Assembly: GCA_013265495.1 (NCBI GenBank)
Contig: MU058059.1
Span: forward strand, 3,511,502 to 3,575,501
Length of the DNA: 64,000 nucleotides
DNA from: Vicugna vicugna
Taxonomy: Eukaryota
Direction: 5' to 3'
Shown: piece after piece, positions 38,318 through 51,785 of the stretch
Position numbering within the stretch: the first letter of the stretch is position 1
Layout of the letters: each line of letters opens with the position of its first letter
Notes under the pieces: generated by a model
Databases searched by the model: none
Told to the model about the DNA's origin: nothing
Seen by the model: the letters and a program-made list of their open reading frames with translations, nothing else
Program-made: the position numbers and the translations under genes

Positions 38318-39423
38318 AAAATGCATCCTTAAAGCTCTGTTTGCACTGGGGGCTTGTCGGTGGTGCAGACGCGGCTGTGGTTGGGGACCTTCGCGTATCC
38401 TGCAGGGTTGTCTTCCCTCCTCCCTAGAGGGGCGCCCTTCCCTCTTCCGCACAGGGCAGGGGTGGGGGTGGGAGTACCACCAGGCTCCTGAGCTGTGTCT
38501 GGAGTCCCGAGCAGCCCTGTTTGAAACAGGTTTCTTAGAGCCTCAGCCTCCCGCGTTCTCCCAGAACATCCCTCTGGTCACGTGCCTGGGGCCCAGGGTA
38601 GGATTCTGGTTCCGGGGCTGCCCTCCAGCTCTCGGGCGCCCCGGGAGTCGGGCCTGAGCTTAGTGCTCCTCCAGTGCTCCTCCTTGCAGGGCCTGGGCTC
38701 CAGCTTCCCTCTAGACAACCCCCCCCGCCCCTCCTTCCCCTTGTCATCACTCGTCTGCTGCTGTCTCTGCTCCTAACTCTTTGACCTTGGGAGCTCGTGT
38801 TTTTTATTCCTTGAACCATTTGACAGGGGTTTTGAAGGGAGTGGAGGAAAAAACGCAGGTGCCCTGTGTCCAGCGTGTAACTGGACGCCCCTCCTCGGCA
38901 GCTTTAAACAGTTACTTAACAGAGAAGGCGCTGAGACCTTTATGTAACTGAGCGAAACTGGAGTTTATTCCGCAGCCGTCAGATTCCAGAGGGAAAATGT
39001 TAGAAATGCAATAATTAGAATTCATTGGTCTTAACAGCGTGATACCTAGAAAAATGGATTACGTGTGTTCAAAGTGCTGAGGTTTTGAACAGTCAGTTCT
39101 GTTTCTACCGAAACAGTGCAGTGCGTAACCCTGCTTCGTAGACCCCTCCAAAAATTTTCCAAGTTTCTGGAAATACATGTAGTGGGAACATGCCATTTCC
39201 AGCTTAATTACTGTATACGGATGGGACATGTTTCTAAAACTGATTTTTACCATACTGCGTTTTCTGTGAAAGCAGCATGATTACATTGTCGAAAACGCTG
39301 ATACGAAATAAAAGAACGTCCCCCCTTCCCCCCACCGGAAATGAGCTCTCGCGTCCTGGGTTCGGTTTGTACTCGCTCGGAAGTGGCTCCCCTGGTCCTC
39401 ACGGCTGTGTCCTCCTCTTCCAG

Positions 39424-39503
39424 GACACCGGCGTCGGGAAGTCAAGCATCGTGTGTCGGTTTGTGCAGGATCACTTTGACCACAACATCAGCCCGACCAT
39501 TGG
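39424..39503 (+). CDS. RAB31: RAB31 coding exon 2 (DTGVGKSSIVCRFVQDHFDHNISPTIG; P-loop and switch I)
   Basis: Acceptor tcctcctcttccag| ends at 39423; 80 nt; donor GG|gtaagt at 39504; ends in phase 2. Confidence 0.97.
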
Positions 39504-41129
39504 GTAAGTCCTCGCGGGTTCTTCCTTTCACGGCGCTCGGAGAGGCCAGGTCGTGCCTGAGCCTGCAAGCAGTTCTCATCCCAGCGGATAGAATCAGTCC
39601 CCGCTGTAAAGACTGGCAGAAATTCAGGAACTTCTAGGCAGAATGTCCCTGTCACACACACCCCCCCCCCCATGCCGCAGCCCAGGGTCGCTTCCTTCAT
39701 CTCCGTGGCATCATTCTGCGCATCATGCCGGCTTAATTTCCAGATGGAAGACGAGCCTTGGGACAAATCCCTGAAGGCTCTGCTTTAAGACGCCCACCAG
39801 GAAACCTGGAAGCGCCTCGGCTGGCGCAGAGCTGTGTGTGCAGCCTGAGGGCGGATTGATTTTCCCTTCCTACATTAATCGACAGCATCTCCATTCTAAT
39901 GCGTGGGAGGGGGGGGGTTGCTCACCCCAGACCCCGACCTTGGACCGCAGGAGCACTCTCCTGTTCCGTCTCCCCCTTTGCTACAGATGCCTTCTCCAGA
40001 TGGGCTTTGCTGTGCTGTTTTGCAGGTGCTTGGGTTTTGCTGTCCTAGTACCTGGCCTCACTGATTTCTCTCCCTGAAGACAGCATGCTGTCTGCAGAGA
40101 GCAAGTTTGTGTTTCCTCAGCAGGGAAACAATGTGTGTATAAATGTGGGCAACCGGGTAGGATTGATGAGGACAGAGCGATGGTGTCCATCAGCAGTAAG
40201 TGGAGAAAATTCACGGGGAGGCGTCGGTGGCTGCTCAGCTGGGTAGGCCAGTGGTTGGAGCTGTGGAGGTGAGAAAATCCAACACGTTTGTAGCTAAAAT
40301 AATGACTTGAAACGTGTTCACAGAAATATGCTCAAGAAATGAGCGGGGTCTGCAGCCTAACGAGTCTACGGATGCTCGCAGAAGATACTTGAGTCCTGAG
40401 TCCGAGGCGGGGGAATCACAGTAGCCAGACGACTGTCACTTTGCACTGGTTCCTGAGCCCCAGTTTCCTGAAGGTGATGTGAGGCAGGTCCTATGGCACC
40501 CCACGTACAAATCTTTTACAACGGGCAGTAAGCGTGCCTGTGCTTTGCTCAGAAGACCTTCTCTTTGCTATATTATTGGCTTAACAAACATCCTTGAAAA
40601 TACTGTCTGGGAAGAAGATGGGCCTCTGCCCGCAAGATGTGCATCACCTCCCAGCGCAGGCACTTCTGTAGGTTGGGGACAAATTCACAGAGGAAATTCT
40701 TTTCACTCTCCTCTGTAATGGACTTTTCCCTCCTTAATTTGCCACTTTGTGATTCTTGATAAGAACCCATGAGAGTGGTCGACTCTGAAATGTCATTCTG
40801 GAAGTTGGAAGGGAACTTTGTCTACTTTTTGAACTTCAAAAAAAGTTTTAGTAACAACTCTGTATTCCTTTTGTAACGATTAAAAAAAAATCGAAACGTA
40901 ATGCATGCCCCTGCCATAAATTATGGTAAGTACGTAAGAGTGTTCGTTGTAACCTGTTGCTCATAGGTATTAGCATCATTATGCCTAGAACAGGTTTGTC
41001 ATTTTGGTCCCAGTCTCTTGTCAAAGCAAGTCAAGATGCCAGCCCAAATGCAAGGGAGGGGAAGCAAGCCCCACTTCATGGTGTGGAAATGCATCGTGGT
41101 GGTTTGGGGATTCTTAAAAATAATGTATT

Positions 41130-41198
41130 ATATGGAAACTGCCTATAGTTTTGGCTCAGTTTTTCTGTAAACCTACTCTAAAAAATAGTCTATTGGGT
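41130..41198 (+). mobile_element. ~70-bp L1MC-type 3' stub with 16-bp TSD
   Basis: atatggaaactgcctatagttttggctcagtttttctgtaaacctactctaaaaaatagtctatt; flanks ttaaaaataatgtatt (41114-41129) and ttaaaaattatgtatt (41199-41214). Confidence 0.7.
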
Positions 41199-42912
41199 TT
41201 AAAAATTATGTATTTTTTCTTTAAATTATAATGCTCATCGTGAAAAGTTCAGACGATACATAAATATATAAAATAAAAAGTGAGGTCAGAGGATTACTAG
41301 CTCTCCAGTCCCGTTTCTTCAGTTTCTTTTGCCAGTATTTAGAGTCCAAAGTGCATGTTTCATGTATTTTAAGTGTTTTCTGTGTATAAGCAAGCAAACA
41401 AACACATAACTTTCAAAAACAGAAACAGCTTCGTGCTCTGCCTGACATGCCAGAGGACCCCTTCTCCGTCTTGGTAGGTTTTCCTGACTCTTTGCCATGA
41501 ATACAGATTTCTCGAAAGATGCCATGAACGGAGTATTTTAAGTGCTATCTGTGCATTTCCGTGACAGAGTCCAAGATTAAAGTCTAATTTTTCTGGTTAT
41601 ACAAGTTCAAGTCCACTCTAAAAAACCCTAAAAAGGACAGAATTTATCAGAATAGGAGTCCTGTTTTTTATCCTGTTTCCTGCTTCATCCCTACTTTGAA
41701 TATTTTCTTATATCACGTAATCTCCAAAAACATGATCAAAGTATTTTTCTGACTGTAACTTTTACATACTCATCATAAAAAATTGAAAATGAAGAAAATC
41801 ATGAGGAAAAGTGCAGACATTACCCGTCATCTCTCTCTCTCTAAAGTGCAGGAGGAGCAAAGTTTATGTGCAGTGTCATCAATTTGGGGGATCAAAGTTG
41901 CATAGTAATCATTCGGAAGGACGTGTACCAGCGCACTGGCAATGATGGCTGCGCAGTGCTGGAGTTACAGTTGATTTTAATTTCCTTCTTTTCTTTTTTC
42001 TGTGAAGTACATATATTGCTTTTATAATGAGAAAAGTAATAAAGACGTTTTCATTTCTGGAATGTATTTGCTCTTTTACCATAGTCTGGGATGTGTGGTT
42101 TAAGCACTCTTAAAGAAGTGAAGTGTCATGGGCCAGGTGTGGTTTTGAGACTACTGGGTCATGTTGCTTAGAAAAATGCTTGGAGTTTCCGTGTGTGCTC
42201 TGGCACGTTGGCAGGTAGAGCTCTAACTGGTGACCCTGGTGTGTGTGCGTGTTGTGGGGACAGTGGGGGAGCCGTGGGGCTTGCTCTCTCCTTGGGACTC
42301 TGTGCTTTACCTCTTAGTCTGGGGGAAAGTAGCAGAAATTGAGGAAATAGTCCTGGGCTGTGTGCAGCGTGAGCGCAGGGCTGGACTCTGCACTGAACTC
42401 GGAGGGCGGCGGGAACCATGAAAGAGGGGAAGAAGTCTGACACTTCGTCCCTAAAGACTGTAGTTCATGCATGTCGTAAGAGGAAGGTACTGAGGGCACC
42501 ATCATCGTACCGACACAGCTGATAGGACTCAGTGATGATATCTGCCGTAGCGTCTAAATTTAAGTTTCTCCAGTTGTCCTTAGAATGTCTTCTAAAGCTC
42601 TTTCCCTCCTAATCCCAGGTCCAGCCAAGGCCCAAGATTGTTTTAAGTCTTTCCTCTCTCTTAATCTAGATCCTAGAACAATCCGCCTGCCTTCTGTTTC
42701 GTTTGCTTTTCATGATGTTGATTTATTTCAGGCATTCAGGCCCGTTGCCTTGCAGAATGTGCCCCATTCCAGATTTGCCCGATTGCTTCCTTGTGCTCAA
42801 AATCGGGTTAGACGGTCGTGGCCGGAATGCTGCGCGGGTGACCCGTGTTCTGACCCCATCACCTCAGGAGGCTCACTGTGTGTGCTTATCCCACAGCCGG
42901 CGATGATTGCTA

Positions 42913-43055
42913 TTTTTTTCTTTTTTTGTGTGTGGTGGGGAGGAGGTAATTAGGTTTGTTTGTTAGTTTACTTATTCTGATGGAGGTGCTGGGGGTGGAA
43001 CCCAGGACCTCGAGCATGCCAAGCATGTGCTCTACCCCTGAGCTGCACCCCCCCC
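42913..43055 (-). mobile_element. Camelid Vic-1-type SINE
   Basis: T tail, ggggaggaggtaattaggtttg, then ggaggtgctgggggtggaacccaggacctcgagcatgccaagcatgtgctctacccctgagctgcacccc. Confidence 0.85.
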
Positions 43056-43463
43056 AACGCTTGCTGTATTTAGTGAATGGGAAGCTTTATCTCATGGGGG
43101 AAAAATAGTCGAGGGTATTAAATTTCCATTGTATTAGATTTTTTTTCATCTTTCATGAGCACAAAGAAGAGGCTTATTAAGAAGAACTATGCAAGAGAGA
43201 AAGCATCAAATGTTCCATTTTCTACTGAGAATTTCAAATCCTTCCTTTTTCACAGAGAAAACAAATACTGTGAAGCTACTGATCTGTGTCCCTGCGCTGA
43301 TGGAGGGCGGACGGGGCTTAGATGCGGCGCTCCCGCTGCTGGGTTCAGAGCAGCGGGCGTGAGCCGCTGTTCATGGGCTGCAAGGCCCACATGGGGACTC
43401 ACCCGGGCACCAGCGGCCCTTTGCCCTCTTAACTGTGGTGGTGGTATGTTTTTAAAATCTAAG

Positions 43464-43666
43464 TTTGTTTGTTTGTTTATTTTTATTTTTTTCTTGGTTT
43501 TTAGAAATATTTTAGTTACTTATTATTGTATTATTTATTTTATTTTGGTGGTGGGGGGGAGTTAATTACGTTTTTTTTAAGAAGAGGCCCTAGGGATGGA
43601 ACCCAGGACCTCATGCATGCTAAGCGTGCGCTCTACCACTGAGCTGTACCCTCCCCCTAACCCCCC
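43464..43666 (-). mobile_element. Camelid Vic-1-type SINE with long tail and 9-bp TSD, about 300 bp upstream of exon 3
   Basis: gggatggaacccaggacctcatgcatgctaagcgtgcgctctaccactgagctgtaccctcccc; aaatctaag at 43455-43463 and 43667-43675. Confidence 0.88.
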
Positions 43667-43964
43667 AAATCTAAGGTTTTATTTTCTTTTTTGATTTCAG
43701 GCATAATGTCTTAGAACAACTGAAGATAAATGTTTTAGAAACAGAGCTTTTGAAGGCAGACTTTGCCTTTTCCCCCTGAGACCTCCAGTTGGACTCACTG
43801 AAAATGCAGTGTTTTCTCTTGGGTGAGGGGTGTCTCCTTTCCTCTCGGCGGCCCCGAGGGGGCAGCTTCTGGGTCCTGCGGAGACGCCACCTTCGCCTGT
43901 TTGAAGCTGGAGTCTTAGTGAAGGTTCTAGGGATAATTGGTAACGTGGAGACTCTCTCTTTCAG

Positions 43965-44046
43965 GGCGTCTTTTATGACCAAAACTGTGCCTTGTGGAAA
44001 TGAACTTCACAAGTTCCTGATCTGGGACACGGCTGGCCAGGAACGG
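43965..44046 (+). CDS. RAB31: RAB31 coding exon 3 (ASFMTKTVPCGNELHKFLIWDTAGQER)
   Basis: Acceptor ctctctctttcag| ends at 43964; 82 nt; contains WDTAGQER; donor CGG|gtaagg at 44047. Confidence 0.97.
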
Positions 44047-45769
44047 GTAAGGACATGCTGTTGTTGGCTCTCCCGAGAAAGTACTGGCTTTTCTAGCGGG
44101 AAAAAACCCCACCAGATACCGACAGTCTCTGTATTTGGCGAGACTGTTGGTTGCAGATGGTGGAAACCCAGCTTGAAATGACTGAAGCAGAAAAAGGAAA
44201 TGTTCTTTTCTTCGGCTGTGAGAAAAATAAGGGGGTGCCTGTCTTTTTTTATTTTAGTAAATTTTTTAAAATTGAAGTAGGGTCGGTGTACAGGGTTGGG
44301 TTAGCTCGGGGTGCCTGTCTCAGGGCGGGGCTGAGCCCAGCCCTCCCCAAGGGCTGTCCCCAGCCGCTGTGTCTATTCCATTTCCTTTGCTTGCTTACCT
44401 TTAAACTGACTTCATTTTTAGGCCCACCCACTGGCGTCCCTGCCCCGGGGTGGCCAAGGTAGCCTCAGCAGCAGCTCCAGGCCATCATTCTGCCGCCTTG
44501 GCAACCCCAGGAAGCAGGGCACCTCTGCTCAGACCCGCGCCCCCCGCCCGGCCCTGAGGACCCTCATCCACCTGGTCTGGGTCCTGTGCTCGCTCCTTGG
44601 CGCTGTACTGAGTTTGGGGGAGGGGGCTGGCCCTCCTGCTCGCGGGGCCAGGCTTCCCCCTTGGGCGGTGGCTGCTCTCAGCTCCCCCTGAACCACTGGG
44701 CGTCTGGCAGGCTCTGCTCCTCGACGGAAGTCCGGGCTCTCTTCCTAGGAAATGGGGGAGTGGGCGTCGGGTTCCCAGGAAACAGCTGATGACTGCTCTC
44801 TTACTCCTCATTCTTCTTATTTGCTGGAAATATTTATGGAGAAGGTGATGCAAGGAGCCCCTGTCTTTAGATTTTAGAAAGTGGAATAACGAACACCAAC
44901 AGACTGTGTGCAGCAGGGGATTTGTGTAATAACCAGAGTGTGTATCGTCCAAGCTGAGGGGTGACCAGGATACAGGCAGCACAGGGGTAACCGTCACCTC
45001 CTCTCAGCTGAGCGCTTCCAGCCAGATCACAGTGCTCATCAGAGCTGATCGTCGTGGAGGGACGTAGGCTGAACTTCCGCTTGTCTGATCCCAGCTCAGG
45101 TGCCTCCTCTGCCCCCCCCACCCCCCAGCTTCACCCGCTGCATTTTTCTCTGTAACTCTTACCACCTTCTAATGTACCTCCTAATTCACTTATTGATTCT
45201 GTTGATCACCTCCCTCTCAGAGAGACTCCAGGGTTCAGGGTCCTGCATCGTTTTCATTGTCACCTCCTAACAAAGTGAGTGTGTAAATGTGATTTTCGCT
45301 TTCTGCAAATCCCCTCAAAGTGAACATCCCAGCGTCTGTCAATTAAGGTGTCTCCAAGATTTCTTTCTCTTTAATCAGGACGAACCTTCTGGCCCACAAA
45401 TGCTGACCCCGTTAGAATGTCTTCTGTTCTGCTGCTAAATCGGGAGCAGAGATTTGCACGCGTGGGGCTGCCACCTTTCCCTCCTGTGCACGCTGACTCC
45501 CGCAACTGGGCCCAGATCCGAGGGGACCTGCCTGCCCGGGACCTCTTCTCTGTGCACTGGTGTGTCTCTGCCATCAGTCTGCTAGGTTCTTTGTCTTGGT
45601 GTTTGGGGGGGTTGTTATTTAAACCTAAGCAATGAGGTTTTCTTGCTCCGCTTTTTACTTTTTGGCCCTGAAAGGGTTGCTTTTTCAGCTGGTTTTACTG
45701 AGCGCAGTAAGGTCAGTTTCACACGGAGGTGGCTTGCCCTGCCCCAACACTGGTCTGAGCGCCTTCTGT

Positions 45770-45930
45770 GCCCTAACACGTTTAGCCCGCTCACAGCACT
45801 CAGAAGTACTGTCTTATCCCCATTTACAGGTGAGGTCACTCAGGCACAGAGAGGTTAAGTAACTTTCCCAAGATCACACAGCTAAGACGGTATAAAGCTG
45901 AAATTTAAATCCAGCTCTCTGGTTCCTTTA
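45770..45930 (-). mobile_element. MIR SINE
   Basis: atccccatttacaggtgaggtcactcaggcacagagaggttaagtaactttcccaagatcacacagcta is the antisense MIR core. Confidence 0.85.
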
Positions 45931-47224
45931 TAGCTTTGTGATGATAGAAAAATCACCCCAAAACCCTGCAGTTGAAAGGAAAATTGTCCGAAATCCCACT
46001 GCCCACGTATTTCCATTCCTAGGATTAGGTGGCCATTCTTCAGAGACCTCACGATGTAAGTTGGTAATTTCACATCAGTGGGATCATGATTCTTCATAAC
46101 CTGCTGTTTTCACTTGCTAGTAGTGTTCCAAAGGGGAGATTTCTGTGTGGTCTAAACAGAGCGCTTGACATTTACTCTCCTATTCTAATGTAATAGTCCA
46201 GGGATCGACGACTTTGGATAAAATCTGGTTCTGAAGTGACTGTTGAAGTTTGGAGTTTGGACCACTTAGCATCTCAGAGCAAAATAGCAGTACTTTTTTT
46301 TTTCATATGGCAGTATTTCTAATTATTCCAATTGCTTTTCTAAAATGTGACCCTTAGAGGTCATAGGTCCCTGCAACTGCACTGCTGTGTCTAATTTGAA
46401 ATGCATGAATGTCACCGTACAAGTCACGACGCGGTAGCAGTGATCCCCTTTGTGCGTCAGGGAGGAGGGCTTTGGGGTGGTCATTTCAGGCGCATCCAGG
46501 TTTGTGAGGACGGAGCGGGCAGTGTGCATGCGGTTGTCCAGCCCCGCTGACCCTCGGAGGCCCGGGGTGTCACCCCTGGGGTGACCTTGCCTGCCCTGCC
46601 TCCCTGCGGTCCCGCGTCTCTCCAGTGACGGCAGTTTCTCGGTCGTTCGGCAGCTTGTCCCTGGGCTTGGTCGTGCTTGTAATGACGTTGCCCAGGGTTT
46701 GAGCTAAAAATAAACCCCCTGCTGCTGCCGGTGCGGCTGCCTTGCGTTCCGTCCCGTCAGTTGCTGGAGTCCACGCGCCCATCCTCCCCGCCTCATCCCT
46801 GCGGAAATCGGCTGCTGTTCTCCTTTGTTTTCACCGTAATCAACGAACAAGACCTCTTTGGGTTTATGATTTGACAACATAAGGACGCCAACTTCTGTGT
46901 CCTCAAGGAGGCAGGGTGCTCAGCTCAGTGTTACTTCCTCCTATTAGTTTGTTTGTGGAACCATCGGACCAAGTTCTGCCTGGCATGCCCAGCCCTGCGG
47001 TCACTGCCCTGCTTACCGCCCCGTGCTAATCCCATGTTATATGTGTGGGAGAAATTCATCTTCTCTCCTCTGAGCACTGAACATGTCAGAAGATCCTGGT
47101 CCTCCTCCGTCTCTGTGTGGGAGAGCATCTGTTCTTCGACAGCTTGCCTTAATTCTGCTTTTAGTTCAGCTGAATGTGACTGGCATCCTGTGATCCTTTC
47201 AACACAGTCCAGAGGGTGACTCTT

Positions 47225-47341
47225 TTTTTTCCACTTTTTTTTATTGAGTTATAGTCATTTTATAATGTTGTGTCAAATTCCAGTGTAGAGCACAACTTTT
47301 CAGTTACACATGAACATACATATATTCATTGTCACATCAAA
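47225..47341 (-). mobile_element. Short 5'-truncated L1 3' end with exact 10-bp TSD
   Basis: Poly-T tail plus attgagttatagtcattttataatgttgtgtcaaattccagtgtagagcac; ggtgactctt at 47215-47224 and 47342-47351. Confidence 0.85.
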
Positions 47342-48289
47342 GGTGACTCTTAAAAAAATGGTTTAAGAAGGTGTCTAGTTGCTTGTTGAATGCAACTTGT
47401 TAAAAGCTGACCGTTTTCAGGATTTGTGCGTTTAGTTTGCCACCCTCCCCCAGAGGGGCGTGGGGAGGGAAGGTGTCCGTGTTGGGGTGTGGGATGGGCT
47501 TTTGGGATTTCCATCCTGCCCTCTTTGACGGGTTGTCGTGCTGGTTTCTGCTTCGTGTCGGGGTCACCAGGGCCTCTGGAAGGATGTACACAGCCCGCAG
47601 CTCAGAGACGGCCCCTGGGAGAGAAGGGACTTACCTGCCCAGCTCTGTTCTCCCGTCTCCCTCCGTCAGGATTTGTAGGGGTAGATGAGACTTCGTTCCC
47701 AAGGTGTCAATATGTCATTCCTTCCCATTGAGTTTCTTTGATTTCCTTCTTTGTTTGTCTCCTTAAACTGGGGACCAGAACATCCTAACTGCTATTAAAT
47801 ATCACAGTGTGAGCTGCAACCTGCCCGTCCTAGATGTGTGCTTCCAGATCATTCTGCGCCTGCGGTAAACACAGTCACAGTCCATAGAATAACTCCACTA
47901 GAAATGTCAGTATCTTGGAAAACTTTCAGGCTTCATTCTCTTGGTCTGATCCTTCCGAGAAGCCTTATTTTCAGAATCTAATGTGAAAAAATACTGACAT
48001 CATCATATTCTTTAGTTTCGTTTGGTTAAAGCCCGTGTCATAGCTGTCTCTTTCCTAATGGACTGCCTGAGTCGTATTTATAGGATTTTGGTTTCAAATG
48101 AACCACAGTCGCAAATTCCACAAAGGCGAACTGATGGTTCCATTATTAGTATGAAAGCTCTCCGTTCCCCTGCAGACACATCTGAAGTTGGGAAGATTGG
48201 CTTCTGAAATCAAGCTCATTGTTCTATGCTTTTTGAAGATGAAACTGAAGAGCACGCACAGAGACCGAAAAACAGCCTCCCTCTAAATC

Positions 48290-49270
48290 CCCCAATGCTA
48301 GGCTAATTTCAGTCTCTAGATTTTCCTAACGTGGACATTGCAATTAAATGGAGCCACGCAATCTGTGGCTCTTGTGACCGGCTCCCTTTACTTAGCACAG
48401 TGTTTTCAGGGTTCACCACCTTGTAGCAGGTTTCAGCGGGTGATTTTTATTCCGTTGTATGGATTACTACATGGTGTTTAACCACTGACCAGCCGATGGA
48501 CGTTTGGGTGGTTTCCACTTCTTGGCTCTTATGAATAATGATGCTGTGAACATTCACGTGCAGAGTTTTGTGCAGATGCTTTTTTCAAAAAAAATCTCGA
48601 GTACGTATCTAGGAATGAAATAGGTGGGTCATATGGTGACTCTAAGTTTAGTACTTTGAGGACCTGCCAAGCCATTTTCAAAGGGGCTGCACTATTTTAC
48701 ATCCCTGCCAGCAATGTGTGGGGTTCCAGCTTCTCCACATCGTGACCAACACTTGTCTTTGCCCAACTCAAGGTCCCACAGATTTACCCCTGTACGTTCT
48801 TCTAAGAGTTTTCTCATTTCAGTTCCTACATTTAGATCTGGGATCCGTTTGTTGTTACTCTTTGTGCATCTTGGTAAGAAAGGAATTCAGCCTCATTCTT
48901 CGTATGTCAGTATCATACAAAATCAGTTGTCCTGACACGGTGGAAAAGACTATTCTTTGTCTTGGCACCTTTGTTAAACGTCAGTTGGCCACACATGTGA
49001 GAGTTTAGTTCCAGACTCTCTGTCCTGTTCCTTTGATCTAAATAAAATTTTATCCTCACACCAATACCATGGTGCCGTGATTCCTGGAGCTCTGTCGTAA
49101 GCTCTGAAACAGGGAAACGTGAGTCCTTCAACTTTGTTTTTCTTTTTCGGTATAGTTCTTGACTATTTTGAGTCCCCTGCATTTCCATGAATTTTGGAAT
49201 CACTTCATACATGCTTATCAAAAAGCCCAGCTAGGATTTTGGGAAGGATGAACCTGGAGGTGAATTTGGG
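48290..49270 (-). mobile_element. Degenerate L1M fragment (ORF2 3' part and 3'UTR)
   Basis: ORF 48913-49221 DQRNRTESLELNSHMCGQLTFNKGAK matches L1 ORF2 [26 protein letters not shown]. Confidence 0.85.
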
Positions 49271-51785
49271 GTTGCCTACTCCTAAACCTTTGTAAGTGAT
49301 GAGCAAGTGTCACACTGGCTTTCATCTCTTTGGAGATTCCTTGTGATTTGGAAACGCAGCCTTGACCTCAGAGTCGTACCTAAATTAAAAATGTTGAATA
49401 AAGTATTAAATCTCAGTGTTGCAGTGTGGTCCTTGTAGTAAATTCATACAGAACCACAGGCAAGGTTATGTTTGTGAAATTATCAGTTGCAATGTACCAG
49501 ACCATTGTTAGACTTGAAATGTGTAATATTTGACTGCATTGTTTTGTTAAGAGAAGGAATCTATCTTCAAAATAGTATTATTTGCAGCTGATTGAGTTTT
49601 ATTTCAGCAATATTCTCTAACCCAAGGCCAGACGTTGACTTAAGCCATACTGCTAGAGGTGATCATATTCTGAAACCCACTGATTCAAAACAATTACAGT
49701 CACTTTGGTAGTGAGTGTGCAGACTTTTTTCCCAATAGTGAGAGACTTCACATACTCCAGAAAATAATATAATAAATATCTCCATTTGCACCAGCCAGCT
49801 GTGTGCAATCGTAACTTGTTCCTGCTGTCAGAAGTTTTCCTTGAGCCCTGGGTGCCTGAGAAGGAAAAGTCACCTACGCGCCCAGGAACTGAGGGTTTCA
49901 GGGACGCGATCAGGAACCCTGGGTGCCGGGCTGGTGGGCCGTCCTGCCTGCTGACCTCCTTGGCCTGCATTCTGCCAGTGCCTGCCCGTCTGCCATCCTT
50001 GCGAAGCTTGGGTGACTGGAGGGCAGGCTCGGGGATGCGGCTGAGAAAGCCAGGGCCTCGGGTCTGGGTCTGAATGGGTTATTGAGAAGGAAGAGAGACA
50101 TGAAGAGGGCCGCTGTCCGAGGGCAAGTTCAGGCTCCTTACAGACGTCAAAAGGAACTTCTCTCCTCCCGTCTCTCTCTGGGGCCTGGAGTCTGTGGTCA
50201 GGAAAGTCATTCTCTATTCATAGGCTGCAGCTGAAGTCAGAGTGCATTTTGACCTTCGGGAGTCCTTGAAGAAAGGGGCCTCTTACAGGCTCCGAATGAG
50301 CTGCTCTTTGTTCTGTCTTCCATTCGCCCTGCAGCCCCGGCGGGCGGGGGTTACCCAGCTCCCAGCTCCCAGCACCCAGCACCCGGCTCGCAGCGCGTAC
50401 CCTGTGTCGGCTCCCCGGAGCTGCTGGGGGTCTTCACCCCGGGCGCCTCCTCACAAAGCCGCTAGGGAAGTGTTTCCGGGGAGGGTTCTCCCTTCAGTGG
50501 GAGGAGGTAGAGCAGATACACGTCCCTCCTGTCTCGGAGAACAGTGCTTTCACAGTGCAACTTGAGGTCCTAATAAGGGAAGTGCCCCCCCATCACCCCC
50601 ACCCCGAGGATGCTCTCAGCAAGGACAACTGAATGCAGACTTGGTGCTGGGGGACAGCTCAGAGACTTGCGGACGGAATGTGTGCTATTAAAATGAGATA
50701 AACTGCAGTCGATGGAGGGGACCACCTGGATCTTTTAGAAGAAGCCCCAGGAGTCACCTTTAGCTCAGAGTGGTGCATGAAGACCCCACAGCACACGGGA
50801 TGGGTAGGTTAGACAGATTTTGAACAGGAAAGTGACACAGTCTGACTTACATTTGAAGGAAAAGTCGCTCTGCTTTACAGTTAACATAGTGTGATGTTGG
50901 GTGTCTGCTGCAGAGGGTGGACGGGGAGGGCGGTGAGGAGGGGATCAGGATGCAGGGCTGGTGTCTAAGGGACGTTGAGGCTAGGGGGCGAGCCCTCTGG
51001 TGCGTTACACGATGCTCCCTCCTTGTGTGCACGTGTGAAAATTTCCACAAGAAAAAGTTAGAATGAGACTGGATGGTAATGTAAATAAATAGCCTAATCC
51101 AGCTGTTAAACCTCGGGTCCTCCTGGCTGCTGTGGGGCCAGCGTGGAGGCCACTCCAACATCTAGATGCGCTGATGGAAGCTTCCAGACTGCCAGTCAAG
51201 GGAGGATGACCTGGGCTCGGGAGGGAGGGGGGCCGAGGCAGGGTCCTGGGCCGGGTCTGCAGGCGGCTGGCCCTGGAGACGGTGCAGAGACCTGGGCGCC
51301 TGGCGGGTGGGGTGTGTTTTCTGTGGTTGGTGCGGTCACAGGTAGGGCGTCCAAGTGGCTGCAGCGAGGGCAGGCTTTGTGGGTACCCAGGCGGAGGTGG
51401 CAGAGCATCTGGGAGCTCAGGCACCGTCCCGGATGATGGGACGTTGGTGAACAGAGGACCAAGGATGTGGAGACAGGAAGAAAGCGCGGAGAGACGTGGC
51501 TCCTTCCTGGTGTCTCCTCCAGGAGCAGGAAACAGGGGCTCCCGGTGACAAAAGGCCCTGACTTAGGGGCAGGCGGGGCACACATCAGTCTGGACTTTCA
51601 GGAACCCCACCCCCCACTGGTGCTAGCAAGCAGGACTGAGAGCTGAGGTCCACTGTGGTTGGGTTTTTCACAGATAGGAAAAACATGAATTTCTGCAGCA
51701 TCTCCAAACCTTGACTTCTGTCTTCTCCGTTATCCTAGAGATCAGATTACGCCAGGTGGTTACCTTGTCTTTCCAAAGGCACTGA

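Noticed and set aside
50354..50395. 7-bp tandem repeat (CCCAGCW, about 6 units)
   Set aside because: Short degenerate microsatellite with no further structure.
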